The translations under genes were made by a program, and so were the position numbers. The notes under the pieces were generated by a model that worked only from the letters and a program-made list of their open reading frames with translations, made no database searches and was not told where the DNA came from. DNA of 63,915 nucleotides, filler included, from Octopus bimaculoides (taxonomy: Eukaryota): assembly GCF_001194135.2 (NCBI RefSeq). It is 8 parts of 7 records of this genome, joined end to end, with 100 filler letters (N's around TTAATTAATTAA, not from the genome) between each part and the next. Parts side by side here need not be neighbours in the genome. Positions count along the whole stretch, not along the records: positions 30,277 to 40,980 come from NC_069005.1; positions 41,081 to 52,474 come from NC_068990.1; 6 more parts are not named here. The stretch is one strand, 5' to 3'. This document shows, piece by piece, positions 36,415 to 49,174 of this stretch (positions are counted from its first letter, which is position 1; every line of letters begins with the position of its first letter).

Positions 36415-36694
36415 GTCTACACAGTTACCGTCTACCAAAATCTACTTCTAAGCTTATAGTAGAAGTCATTTATCTAAGATGCTGCAGAGAACCACTTGAA
36501 TGGAAAATGAACTTAAACCACACATCCATATCTGTACCTGGATTCATTTACCCAAGGTGCCATGCAGTGGGATTGAACACAAAGTAACATTGAGTCCCCC
36601 CTTAAAAAAAAGCACATGCACACACACACACACACACATTCCAAAACGTGCCGTTTATGTAGTTTAGTGTTGCTGATCGTTGATGTCTTTTCAG

Positions 36695-36878
36695 AAATAT
36701 TATGAAGCTTCACTTGAACGCTCCCGACACGAAGCACAGCACGATGAGACATACTACAGCGCCATCTCAGTAACCACAACCTACAACTTGGCGCGACTCT
36801 ACGAAGCAACCCACGAGTACGATAAAGCAGAGAAACTGTACAAGAATATTCTGAGAGAGCATCCTAACTATGTCGATT
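36695..36878 (+). CDS. CTR9: CTR9 internal exon E (184 nt, phase 0/1)
   Basis: [61 protein letters not shown](C); tttcag and gtaagc flanks. Confidence 0.95.
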
Positions 36879-37392
36879 GTAAGCTATATTTCTCTTCACC
36901 TCTCACACAATTNNNNNNNNNNNNNNNNNNNNNNNNNNNNNNNNNNNNNNNNNNNNNNNNNNNNNNNNNNNNNNNNNNNNNNNNNNNNNNNNNNNNNNNN
37001 NNNNNNNNNNNNNNNNNNNNNNNNNNNNNNNNNNNNNNNNNNNNNNNNNNNNNNNNNNNNNNNNNNNNNNNNNNNNNNNNNNNNNNNNNNNNNNNNNNNN
37101 NNNNNNNNNNNNNNNNNNNNNNNNNNNNNNNNNNNNNNNNNNNNNNNNNNNNNNNNNNNNNNNNNNNNNNNNNNNNNNNNNNNNNNNNNNNNNNNNNNNN
37201 NNNNNNNNNNNNNNNNNNNNNNNNNNNNNNNNNNNNNNNNNNNNNNNNNNNNNNNNNNNNNNNNNNNNNNNNNNNNNNNNNNNNNNNNNNNNNNNNNNNN
37301 NNNNNNNNNNNNNNNNNNNNNNNNNNNNNNNNNNNNNNNNNNNNNNNNNNNNNNNNNNNNNNNNNNNNNNNNNNNNNNNNNNNNNNNNNNNN

Positions 37393-37560
37393 ATATACGA
37401 CGGGCTTCTTTCAGTTTCCGTCTACCAAATCCACTCACAAGGCTTTGGTCGGCCAGAGACTATAGTAGAAGACACTCGCCCAAGGTGCCACGCAGTGGGA
37501 CTGAACCCGGAACTATGTGGTTGGTAAGCAAGCTACTTACCACACAGCCACTCATGCGCC
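37393..37560 (-). mobile_element. SINE family A, 5' half (the rest is in the gap)
   Basis: Reverse-complement head; the internal microsatellite runs into Ns. Confidence 0.8.
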
Positions 37561-37960
37561 CTGAGTGAATTGAAATTTTTTTTTTCTTTGTTACAAATGC
37601 ATAAACGATAAGCAGGGAGAAATAACTCGCTAAAATATGAATTCGTCTGAGAATATATTTATCAAATTAAATTTTATTTAATCTTTGTGTGCGCACAGGG
37701 TATGCCTTTATTTTTTCATTTTTTTTTTTTTATTTCCTTCATTTTTATTTTTCTCTGTTTTATTTCTCTTTTTTTTTCCTGGTTTCTTTTTAATTCTTTC
37801 ATCATTTCTTTCTCACTTTTTTCTCGTGTCTCTCTATTTCTTCCATCATCACTTTTCTAACTTTTTCCCTCTCCTTCCGTTTCCTCTCTCTTTACTCTTC
37901 CTTCCTTTTTTGTCCCTCTTTATCCCCGTCTTGAATAAAGCACCCTACTTTATTCTTCAG

Positions 37961-38049
37961 GTTACCTGAGATTAGGTTGCATGGCACGAGATCGGGGACA
38001 AATCTATGAAGCATCTGATTGGTTCAAAGAAGCCCTACAGATAAACCAG
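37961..38049 (+). CDS. CTR9: CTR9 internal exon F (89 nt, phase 1/0)
   Basis: (C)[29 protein letters not shown]; cttcag and gtgagg flanks. Confidence 0.95.
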
Positions 38050-38125
38050 GTGAGGTCATTGAAATTCATTCTATCAATTTGCTGTTCTTTGAGAATTAAA
38101 AGTGATGATGAAAGAAATAGAGTAT

Positions 38126-38160
<35 letters not shown>

Positions 38161-38684
38161 TTAGGCTTATGAAACACGTGTAGTCGTTTTTTTATCATTA
38201 TCTTATGATATTTACTTTGTTTTATAGTATACTTATTTATTGTGCTTTTTAATTATTAATTTTACTATATGTGACAGTGGATTTTCATCGATGAGTTCAT
38301 GAACCTTGGTTCTTTTCCCTAAAACTATATATATATATATATACTGTTGTGTTTGGGCGGTGAGTGTTACATTTTAAGGCACAATAAGAAAATGACCCTC
38401 CCCAGACACAACAGAATATGCTTCAACATACGAAATCACATAAAAAAACTTGCAAACCAAATCCAAAAACGAAATATATATATATATATAATTATGTATG
38501 TGTGTGCATAGATGTTGTTTTTACGTGTTCTCATTAGCACTGCTAATGTATGTATATATTTATATATGTGTGTATATTATAGTTATTTAACGGACAATAA
38601 AATGATTGTTTCAAACATTCACTAGGCATTATATATATTTTTTTTTTTTTTTGTACATTTTGGTAAATTTCTATTTTTATGTAG

Positions 38685-38870
38685 GATCATCCAGATGCCT
38701 GGTCTTTAATTGGAAACCTTCATTTAGCCAAACAAGAGTGGGGCCCTGGGCAGAAGAAGTTTGAACGAATTATCCAGAGACCTAACACCAAAGATGACTC
38801 TTATTCGCTTATTGCTCTTGGCAATGTCTGGCTACAAACTCTTCATCAGCCAATCAGAGACAAAGACAAG
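38685..38870 (+). CDS. CTR9: CTR9 internal exon G (186 nt, phase 0/0)
   Basis: [62 protein letters not shown]; AG and gtaaga flanks. Confidence 0.95.
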
Positions 38871-38915
38871 GTAAGAGCTTTATATCCAATTGATTCATTA
38901 CCATGTCACTTATAG

Positions 38916-39255
38916 ACGAGGGGTGTTGAAAAGTTCCTGGCTTTAATTGTATTGTAAAAGTCCTGGCTGGAGGCCCAACCTTTCAGAGATCTTTTACAGG
39001 GCTTAGAAAAACTGAAGGACTGCTGCAATGAGTGTGTGANNNNNNNNNNNNNNNNNNNNNNNNNNNNNNNNNNNNNNNNNNNNNNNNNNNNNNNNNNNNN
39101 NNNNNNNNNNNNNNNNNNNNNNNNNNNNNNNNNNNNNNNNNNNNNNNNNNNNNNNNNNNNNNNNNNNNNNNNNNNNNNNNNNNNNNNNNNNNNNNNTAGA
39201 AAAATTGAAGGACTGCTGCAATGAGTGTGTGAATCTGACAGGAGAATATGTTAGG
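38916..39255 (+). mobile_element. Internally deleted mariner remnant
   Basis: Mariner-type terminus ACGAGGGGTGTTGAAAAGTTCC followed by a C-terminus-like GLEKLKDCCNECVNLTGEYV, interrupted by a gap with duplicated flanks. Confidence 0.5.
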
Positions 39256-39448
39256 TTGTTGAGGTGAGAGACTCATCAGGGACAAATTGTGTGCAGGTAA
39301 GTTAACGAGAGAAGAGAAAGAAGAGCGGAAAACAAAAGGGAGAGGAATGCAGTGAATGTGAACCCAGGTGGAGGGATAGAGGGTGTTAGGAAGAAATGTT
39401 TATTTTTTGTACCTAAAAAATGAAACCAAATTATTTTGATAATTGCAG

Positions 39449-39536
39449 GAAAAACGACACCAAGACCGAGCTTTGGCTATGTACAAACAGGTACTAAGAA
39501 ATGATGCACGCAATATTTGGGCTTCAAATGGAATTG
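39449..39536 (+). CDS. CTR9: CTR9 internal exon H (88 nt, phase 0/1)
   Basis: [29 protein letters not shown](G); ttgcag and gtaagt flanks. Confidence 0.95.
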
Positions 39537-39914
39537 GTAAGTTGTTGTCATTGTTAAGTAGCGCTGTTTAGCTTTGTTTTAAAATTATGGCTGTCATCAT
39601 CATCATCGTCATCATTGTTTAACGTCCACTTTCCATGCTAGCATGGGTTGGCCGATTTGACTGAGGACTGGTGAACCAGATGGCTAGTTAATTCAAGACA
39701 ATGTGAATAAATAAGCATTACATTTGACAGAGTAATCTGAATGCTAAAGGGTTAAATATCTGTAATTTTAATTTTATCTGTTAGGATTAGGATTAAACAT
39801 GCAGGTTAACATAATACATCCACCATATTTCTCTCCAGCCTCTGAAGATCTTCAGAATTAAACAGAGTGTATTTCACTTTGCAGTCTACTTTTCATTTTG
39901 ATTTCCATATTCTC

Positions 39915-40270
39915 ATCATCATCATCATCATCATCATCGCCGTTTAATATCCGCTTTCCATGCTAGCATGGGTTGGACGATTTGACTGAGGACTGGTGAA
40001 ACCAGATGGCTACACCAGGCTCCAATCTGATTTGGCAGAGTTTCTACAGCTGGATGCCCTTCCTAATGCCAACCACTCAGAGAGTGTAGTGGGTGCTTTT
40101 ACGTGCCACCAGCACGAGGGCCAGTCAGGCGGTACTGGTAACTGCCACGCTCAAAATGGTGTATTTTATGTGCCACCCACACAAAAGCCAGTCCAGGGGC
40201 ACTGGCGACGATCTCGCTCGAAAGTCCTTACACATGCCGCGGGCACAAGTGCCAGAAAGGCGTCACTGGG
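39915..40270 (-). mobile_element. SINE-like family C in a CTR9 intron
   Basis: Near-identical to the 31040-31480 and 40783-40980 copies. Confidence 0.8.
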
Positions 40271-40373
40271 TACATGCCATGTTGTCTGTTATTTATTTTA
40301 GCCTTGTCAATGTTCAACTGTGTTGTTGTTGTTTTTGATGTCAGTAAAAGTAGATAATTTTTGTTGTTGCCAG

Positions 40374-40522
40374 GTTGTGTTCTTGCCCACAAAGGCTGCA
40401 TCAACGAAGCCAGAGATATATTTGCTCAAGTCCGTGAGGCGACTGCTGATTTCTGTGATGTCTGGCTTAATATTGCCCACATTTATGTGGAACAGAAACA
40501 GTATGTAGCTGCAGTACAAATG
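40374..40522 (+). CDS. CTR9: CTR9 internal exon I (149 nt, phase 1/0)
   Basis: (G)[49 protein letters not shown]; tgccag and gtcagt flanks. Confidence 0.95.
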
Positions 40523-40782
40523 GTCAGTTCTGATGAAACAACTTCTTTTTTTTTTTTATATGTATTTTATGTTTTTTGTAAAAGTAACCTGGTACATCCA
40601 CCCCAGACCACATAGTTTAGAGTATTTATTCTCATCCTCATCACATTGGAGAGGATATGTTACTAGCTGTTATGGAATAATGGCTGGAAATGATTCTATT
40701 CTGTGAAGCCAAAAGTGGAAGGCATTTGCACAATTCTTATTATTCTCCTTAATAGTCTTTCAGATCCAAAAATTTATACGCA

Positions 40783-40980
40783 TCATCATCATCATCATCA
40801 TCGTTTAACGTCCGCTTTCCATGCTAGCATGGGTTGGACGATTTGACTGAGGACTGGTGAAACCGGATGGTAACACCAGGCTCCAATCTAATTTGGCAGA
40901 GTTTCTACAGCTGGATGCCCTTCCTAACGCCAACCACTCAGAGAGTGTAGTGGGTGCTTTTACGTGTCACCCGCACGAAA
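40783..40980 (-). mobile_element. SINE-like family C, truncated at the segment edge
   Basis: (CAT)n tail followed by the family C body running into the spacer. Confidence 0.8.
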
Positions 40981-41080
40981 NNNNNNNNNNNNNNNNNNNN
41001 NNNNNNNNNNNNNNNNNNNNNNNNTTAATTAATTAANNNNNNNNNNNNNNNNNNNNNNNNNNNNNNNNNNNNNNNNNNNN
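40981..41080. other. Artificial scaffold spacer
   Basis: 44 N + TTAATTAATTAA (41025-41036) + 44 N. Confidence 0.95.
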
Positions 41081-41126
41081 TGCGTGTCTGTGTCTGTGTC
41101 TGCGTGCACATGTATGTATGTATGTA

Positions 41127-41168
<42 letters not shown>

Positions 41169-41287
41169 CATGCATGCATGCGTGCATACATACATACATA
41201 CATACATACATACATACATAAATATATACATACCTATATACATACATGCACGCATGTATGTATGTATATATATGGCCATATGTAAAG

Positions 41288-41322
<35 letters not shown>

Positions 41323-43330
41323 NNNNNNNNNNNNNNNNNNNNNNNNNNNNNNNNNNNNNNNNNNNNNNNNNNNNNNNNNNNNNNNNNNNNNNNNNNNNNN
41401 NNNNNNNNNNNNNNNNNNNNNNNNNGATCTATAGAGAGAGAGAGAGAGAGAGAGAGAGGTAGATAGTGAAACAGATAGATAGTTTACACACATAAGTATT
41501 TATGTGTGTGTAAGTGTGTGTGTATGCAAAGTATATGTAAGTGCGTGTAATATACGCATACTTGTATGCACTTATATACACAAAGAGAAACTGGTGGCGG
41601 TGGCGATCAAGGTGGAGAACGAGATTGAGAGTAACACGAGATTCAGAGAGTAAATATATTCATAGACTTGTTGCTGAAATATTTTATGGTATCCTCAAGC
41701 TTCCATAAAATACACATCAATACACTGAAATGTTACTCCGTTGCTTTACATAGAAGCATCATTCCTATGGTATGTGTCTCAGCCACTACTATAATTTCAC
41801 ACTAGTTGTTAATGCTGTATTTGGATATTAATAACTAGACATGCCTTGTGAGTGCCATAGTCTACACATAAAATACTCTTCGCTCACTGGTTATAGCAAT
41901 TCTACTTAATTTTGATTTCCAATGCTTACCCCCACTTCAACCATCACCACCACCACCACCACTTCCAAAAGTCATGAATATTACGTAGTCATATGTCCCT
42001 CCTCCGTTAAATTCGATGCCTTGTGCTTATATTCAAAAACTAAAAATCAATATTTAAATATGTCTTGGTGACTGCCGTATTATCTGCCGACGAACTCCTG
42101 AAGTACCGAAGCGTGAGCTATTTTCCAAGCATTCTCGTTCGTTCCATTTCAACTTACTTTAAATCGTACTATGAGGTGGCTTGTTCTGCTAGAAATAACA
42201 GCCGAATCTCTTTTAAATTACACACTCTGTCTTTAAAAAAAATAGCAAGGTCAGATAATTTAGTCCCAGATATAAAACGTCTAAAATAAAAGAAAAGAGA
42301 CCATGACTAATGTTTTTGGACATAGAGTGTGCTCACTCAGGGCTGCTCTTTAGAAAAATATTGTCATGTGTTCTGTTGTGATGGCTGGTTGAACTGAAGA
42401 AGAAACATGTGTTTCTTGAGCTGCACGAAGTAATAAGTGACAATATCCGCAAACATTTAGCAGAAGATTATATTATTACATATAGAGTTACACTGCAATA
42501 AGTACATATTTGGAGAGATATACTGCAAGCTTACCGATACAGCAACATGTGGCCGACCCAACATAATTGGAATCAATTATGCTATATTCGTGATAGATTC
42601 CTATCATCTATCTGCCTTCTGTCTTAACCGTCTTCCTAGATCGTCTGGCTCTGGCAAAAATGGAGACACATCACGCAGCTGCCTCACCATTCTGCCTGGC
42701 AAGCGGCAAGACATGTCAACGAGTCTGCCGCTCTTAAAACTCTGCAAAAGCGCGTTGGCGCTAAGGTGACTTTTTAAGAAGATTCTAGAAGATTGAACCA
42801 CGCGATGACTTCACCTTGATTTGCCTGCTTAGTAGACTGATCACATGAAACTACTGTGGTTCAGTCGTGATGTATGGCCAGTTACCTAACGGTTTGGTTG
42901 CATGTCACCTAAGAATGTCTGAAGTCATGTACCATCCTGACCGAGAGCGCCATTTAAACAAATTGAACTAACTCTACTTATTTGTAGCACACCATTTTTC
43001 TTATAATGTTCTATACTAAATGACATTTCTGTTGCATAAAAACTTTTTAAAGTGTTCTCTAGTTCTTCCTCAAATTATTAAATACTAATACAATAATAAT
43101 TGTTTGGAGAAAAATGTGATGATTTCCTTGATTACGTCTAGAGACAAATATAATGTCTTCTTTGATAATTACTAGAGAGAAACGTGATGTTTGCCTTAAC
43201 AGAAATGTGATGTCTGCTTTGGGTGAAATGCGTGTGACATCTGTATCATGCTCAAGTAAAATAAAGTTATTAAGACATGTTTTGAGGGTAGCGTATTGCA
43301 CAAAGTGCAAAACACAAGCTACATCTTACT

Positions 43331-44052
43331 CAGTGGTTCTCAATCATCTTTTAACTTTCGACCCCTTTTTCCTATTGTACTTGGATGAACCCACGTAACC
43401 ATTCGATGTTTAAAATAATCTTATATTATATTTTTATTCTTAAATATTATTAGGAACTGTATGNNNNNNNNNNNNNNNNNNNNNNNNNNNNNNNNNNNNN
43501 NNNNNNNNNNNNNNNNNNNNNNNNNNNNNNNNNNNNNNNNNNNNNNNNNNNNNNNNNNNNNNNNNNNNNNNNNNNNNNNNNNNNNNNNNNNNNNNNNNNN
43601 NNNNNNNNNNNNNNNNNNNNNNNNNNNNNNNNNNNNNNNNNNNNNNNNNNNNNNNNNNNNNNNNNNNNNNNNNNNNNNNNNNNNNNNNNNNNNNNNNNNN
43701 NNNNNNNNNNNNNNNNNNNNNNNNNNNNNNNNNNNNNNNNNNNNNNNNNNNNNNNNNNNNNNNNNNNNNNNNNNNNNNNNNNNNNNNNNNNNNNNNNNNN
43801 NNNNNNNNNNNNNNNNNNNNNNNNNNNNNNNNNNNNNNNNNNNNNNNNNNNNNNNNNNNNNNNNNNNNNNNNNNNNNNNNNNNNNTATAGTAAAAGACAC
43901 TTGCTGAAGGTGCCGCGCAGTGAGACTGAACCCTGAACCATGTGGTTGGGAAGCAAGCTTCTTACCACACAGCCATGTCTGTGCCTAAATTTTTGACAAC
44001 AAAATCTTATATGGGCACCAAGGATCATATGGATCCCGGTTGAGAACCACTG
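43331..44052. mobile_element. hAT-superfamily MITE containing a gap and a nested SINE A head (43886-43983 -)
   Basis: 13-bp TIR CAGTGGTTCTCAA at both ends. 8-bp flanks ATCTTACT / ATCTAACA match at 6 of 8 positions. Confidence 0.75.
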
Positions 44053-45254
44053 ATCTAACAAATATCCTCATTCTCTCTCCTTTAACCTTTACATATCGAT
44101 GCGATGTCATACATGCACAACCGATATGTGTAACACCAAGTTTCTCCTTCTTCAATGAACAAAGTGCTCAACCACTTCTACGTTAATTTAGCGAGCAGGC
44201 TGTTCTGCTGATCGGATCAACTGGAACCCTCATCGTCGTAAACGACAGAATGCTAGTTGCTGTTTTTGGTACTGCATTCCGATTGATCTATAATTGAAAA
44301 TAACTTCCCATTTTAAGTTAAAAACTAACCAAATATTTTTGTCTCTCATCTTTTGATTAAAAAGAACAAAAGAATAGAAGTAGATCCATTGAACCATTGC
44401 AGAGTTGGATAAAATACTTCACCGAATTCATTGACAGTTCTTTACGTTCTGAGTTCAATTCCTTGAAATAAAGTACTAATTAAACATTAAGGTCAATATA
44501 ATTGACCAACCCCTTCTCCCAAATTTGAGGATTTGCACTGTAGACCAAATTTGGTAAGCAGACATAATTTTGGGATGATTGCCCAAATCCATCGTCGGTT
44601 TAACGTTACCACTTGGTCCCCGAGAACATTTTAGCGGAGTTCATTCTATTGTAAGAATTCGGTCCCAGTCTCCAGTTAAACGAAACTTTTCCAACAGCCT
44701 CCTTAGTATTTTTCAACAGCATGACAGCACAATCACCCACGCACATCAAGGAAACATGGGTTAACATGCAAATAAAACTCTCAGCCAAAATTACAAGGTT
44801 CCACATCCCTGAGGATCTTTCAAGAGGACTTGGCAAAGCTACAACACACGGACTCAGTTTCCAGTTCTAAGCTTCAAGAAGATTTCAATTTTTCTCTATT
44901 GTAGGAATCTCAAGTAAAGCTGTTCGTACATATGAAAGAGTTCTGTACCACTCACAAACAGCCTAAAGTGAAACCAAGTTTCTCCTACACGTCTCGGGTG
45001 TAGGGTGAAAAAAGAGAAAGAAAATGTTTCAGGCGCTGCCTGAATAAGAAACAGACAGAAAGTCTTTATAATGTTGTAAGTTTTACAATTTGTTTTTCTG
45101 CAGAGTTGTCCCCGGGTATTTTTCCTCTCAATCATTCTTACTAGAGACAGAGCAATGTCGATTATTGACTTTCTTTCAAAAAATTAGCTTTTATTCTTTT
45201 TATGGGAGTTAATTCCTTCCGTTTGACTTCAAGTAGAAGAACGAATATTGATTT

Positions 45255-45462
45255 CATATTTTGGCACAAGGTCAACAATTTCGGGGAAGGGGGACAGTAG
45301 ATTATATCGACCCGAGTGCTTAACTGGTACTTATTTTATCGACTCCGAAATGATGAATGGTAAAGTGGACCTCGGCGGAATTTGAACTCAGAACGTAATG
45401 ACGAATGAAATGCTGCTAAGCATTTTACCCAGCGTACTAACGATTCTGCCAGCTCTCTGCTT
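45255..45462 (-). mobile_element. SINE family B copy
   Basis: Reverse-complement match from head to tail. Confidence 0.75.
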
Positions 45463-46878
45463 AAGGAAGTACGACCATTACCAGGTTGTTTGCAATAGTC
45501 TAGATTATTACAGCTTGTGTTGTTGTTGTTGTTGGTGTTGTTATCGTCGTAGTTTAATCGCAGATCAAAAACGATCGAACAGATCTGTAATTATAAATAA
45601 TGCAACATAGGTAGATGAGACCAACAAAATGAGAACCAAGCTTTAAAAAAATAAGTACTGGAGTCGATTTATTTGACTAAAAATTCTTTAAGGCAGTACC
45701 CCAGAATGGCCGCAGTCTACCTGAAATAGGTAAAAGATAAAAGGTAAAAAAAGAATTTTTCATTTCATTTTCTTATGGTTTGCAATTAATTACATTTAAA
45801 CTTAATGCAAGACTAACCCCTCAGACATTGGAAAACACCCCTAAACTGAAGATGCTCTCACTCTGTGGGAATAGAATCCAGGCAAACCAAATATGACATA
45901 CATCAAGGACAATGTTAGTTCTATAAAGGAAAAAAAAAATAATATTCAAATTTCCACATTATTTATTCATGACCTAATTATAAATTCAAAATTACCTACA
46001 AGCCAAACAGACCCTTATTTTAGGTCAATTTTTCTACCAAACTATCAAAGATAATATGCTTTAACTTGAAATGCCAACAGATTTGGGTACAGACAAGATG
46101 CTGAAAAAAAGACATTGATGAAGTTGACCTAGATTTTGTTGTAGGGTTGCTCATAACCACATGCAGGAGTTCAAGCATTTCTGACCCCTGGGTTGTAGCA
46201 TTCAACTGTCTCTGAAAGATGAAGAAATGAAGTGTAACTAAGTCCACATCTAGGCAACTATCGCAAAATTTCAGCCTACTACATCAATTATTCTCGGAGA
46301 TATCGTGACCTAAAGATTGCTACACATAGTCAGAAACGTCATTTTGAGGAAAACACAAAAAACACTGGAAATGATTGACTTTACAACAATACCCAACTAC
46401 ACAAGGATAATATCCACATTTCTTTTTAGAATATTTGCAGTTTTGCACAGTCTAATAACGCCCAAAGCATATCCTTTGCTATTTTTTCTGAGATTTTGCT
46501 ATCTGAAATCTGATGTTTTAAGTCTTGCCTTAAAGTGAGGTTTAGCAAGTTTAGCTGCGTTCTGTTTTGTAGTCACAGTGCAAGTAAGTTCTAGTTCTTT
46601 AGACACTAATTAGAACTTTTCTTAAGGCGGCGAGCTGGCAGAATCGTTAGTATGCTTTCCCGAAATCGCTGGCCTTGTGCCAAAATTTGAAACTAATTAG
46701 AAATTTCCTTATTTTAGCCTAATTATGTCGGTTATGTTCGTAGTAATAAATAGACTGTTAGCTTTGTCCAACACTCTGTCTAACGCGCTAAATCTAGAAT
46801 AACTTACTAAGAATTAATAAGAAAGCAACTCACTGATGTAAGTTGGTTTCAGTCATAAGAATTAAGATGTATGCATAT

Positions 46879-47092
46879 AAGGCGGGGAACCGGTAGAAAC
46901 GTTAGCACACCGGGCGAAATGTTTAGCGACATTTCATCCGTCTTTACGCTCTGAGTTCAAATTCTGCCAGGGTCGACTTTGCTTTCATGTTTTCGGGACG
47001 TCGATAAAATAAGTACCATTTAAACACTGGGGTCGAATTAATCGACTTATTCCCAACGACAAAACTTCCTGGCCTTGAGCCAAAATTTGAAG
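46879..47092 (+). mobile_element. SINE family B copy
   Basis: AAGGCGGGGAACCGGTAGAAACGTTAG...GGCCTTGAGCCAAAATTTGAA. Confidence 0.75.
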
Positions 47093-47103
47093 CTTATATG
47101 TAT

Positions 47104-47135
<32 letters not shown>

Positions 47136-48125
47136 NNNNNNNNNNNNNNNNNNNNNNNNNNNNNNNNNNNNNNNNNNNNNNNNNNNNNNNNNNNNNNNNN
47201 NNNNNNNNNNNNNNNNNNNNNNNNNNNNNNNNNNNNNNNNNNNNNNNNNNNNNNNNNNNNNNNNNNNNNNNNNNNNNNNNNNNNNNNNNNNNNNNNNNNN
47301 NNNNNNNNNNNNNNNNNNNNNNNNNNNNNNNNNNNNNNNNNNNNNNNNNNNNNNNNNNNNNNNNNNNNNNNNNNNNNNNNNNNNNNNNNNNNNNNNNNNN
47401 NNNNNNNNNNNNNNNNNNNNNNNNNNNNNNNNNNNNNNNNNNNNNNNNNNNNNNNNNNNNNNNNNNNNNNNNNNNNNNNNNNNNNNNNNNNNNNNNNNNN
47501 NNNNNNNNNNNNNNNNNNNNNNNNNNNNNNNNNNNNNNNNNNNNNNNNNNNNNNNNNNNNNNNNNNNNNNNNNNNNNNNNNNNNNNNNNNNNNNNNNNNN
47601 NNNNNNNNNNNNNNNNNNNNNNNNNNNNNNNNNNNNNNNNNNNNNNNNNNNNNNNNNNNNNNNNNNNNNNNNNNNNNNNNNNNNNNNNNNNNNNNNNNNN
47701 NNNNNNNNNNNNNNNNNNNNNNNNNNNNNNNNNNNNNNNNNNNNNNNNNNNNNNNNNNNNNNNNNNNNNNNNNNNNNNNNNNNNNNNNNNNNNNNNNNNN
47801 NNNNNNNNNNNNNNNNNNNNNNNNNNNNNNNNNNNNNNNNNNNNNNNNNNNNNNNNNNNNNNNNNNNNNNNNNNNNNNNNNNNNNNNNNNNNNNNNNNNN
47901 NNNNNNNNNNNNNNNNNNNNNNNNNNNNNNNNNNNNNNNNNNNNNNNNNNNNNNNNNNNNNNNNNNNNNNNNNNNNNNNNNNNNNNNNNNNNNNNNNNNN
48001 NNNNNNNNNNNNNNNNNNNNNNNNNNNNNNNNNNNNNNNNNNNNNNNNNNNNNNNNNNNNNNNNNNNNNNNNNNNNNNNNNNNNNNNNNNNNNNNNNNNN
48101 NNNNNNNNNNNNNNNNNNNNNNNNN

Positions 48126-48165
<40 letters not shown>

Positions 48166-48174
48166 GAGTGTTTG

Positions 48175-48368
48175 TGTTTGTGTTTGCACCCCTCTTGAAA
48201 ACCGGTGTTGATGTGGTTTACACCCCTTAAACCTAACGGTCCGCCAAAAGGAAAAGTGCCAGGTTTACAAAATAAGTGCTAGAGGTCGATACGCTCACCT
48301 AAAATTCTTCACAGCAGTGCCCCAGCATGGCCGTAGTCTAATGTCTGAAAGAAGTAAAAGATAAAAAG
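48175..48368 (+). mobile_element. SINE family A, 3' half
   Basis: GTGTTTGTGTTTGCACCCC..CCCCAGCATGGCCGTAGTCTAATGTCTGAAAGAAGTAAAAGA. Confidence 0.7.
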
Positions 48369-49129
48369 ATATATACGCATATGTGTGTGCACGCGCTTGC
48401 ATGTACTTACATACACACACATACACACACGTACATATACACAAATGTTTGTATGTACGTTTGCATGTACATGTAGATATGTGTGTCAGTTGAAATAGTT
48501 ATATGCAAATTTTATATATTTTCCATTTCATTATTTGATGATAACGCTTTAATATTCAGGTTATTTTGTTTTATGAGGCCCTTTTCTAAACTGTGCGCAG
48601 ATAAATATTGATATTATATTTGAGAAACAATCTCTCCCATCACTAATATAATATCCCCTTCCAAAATTTAATTTTGAAATTATGATGATCAATTAATTTT
48701 CACTATAAAGCGGCATGTATTTCAGCTTTTTTCAAGTTTTACTGCTTGCTGTTTATACACGCTTATTTTGCATTTAGATAGAACACGCGTATAAAGAAGT
48801 AATAATCTTCTTCATAGCTACTTTACGTCTCGTGATGACAGGCATGTATCTATGTATAATGTATGTCGGTAATACCGCTCGGAACGTTCAATTTATGTCC
48901 GGATAATATATTTATAGTTTGGTTTTTAAAATAAGTACTTTTTCACAAATTTAATCTTATTATTTCCATGGGCGGTATACGAAAAGACATTGCACGAATT
49001 GCACGAAGAAATACTACGGTTAATATTTCCGAAATATAGTGATTCCAAATAATATCACTCACATACACACACACACATACATACACACACGCACACACAT
49101 ACACACAGATTTTGATATATCGCTTCATT

Positions 49130-49174
<45 letters not shown>

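Noticed and set aside
39841-39856. Perfect 16-bp palindrome TCTGAAGATCTTCAGA in a CTR9 intron
   Set aside because: It is isolated with no supporting context, and one such palindrome in about 55 kb of called sequence is not compelling.
6749-40522. Functional linkage between the GPCR and CTR9
   Set aside because: They are separated by two artificial spacers, so adjacency is unverified.
42396-42422. CTGAAGA followed by GAAACATGTGTTTC
   Set aside because: There is no room for stem II and no stem I; it is just an AT-rich hairpin.
44690-44870. Possible CR1/L2-type RT remnant (FQEDLAKLQH)
   Set aside because: Only one short motif across frameshifts; not enough for a call.
44905-44997. Strong acceptor followed by a short open frame, considered as the next CTR9 exon
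   Set aside because: No frame resembles the expected YENCLRKF continuation, and it lies beyond an artificial spacer.
46306-46341. TGAC-CTAAAGA-TTGCTA[CACA]TAGTCA-GAAAC-GTCA, a possible decayed hammerhead
   Set aside because: It has a G5A change and an imperfect stem II, and stem I and the cleavage triplet cannot both be formed. Too degenerate to count.
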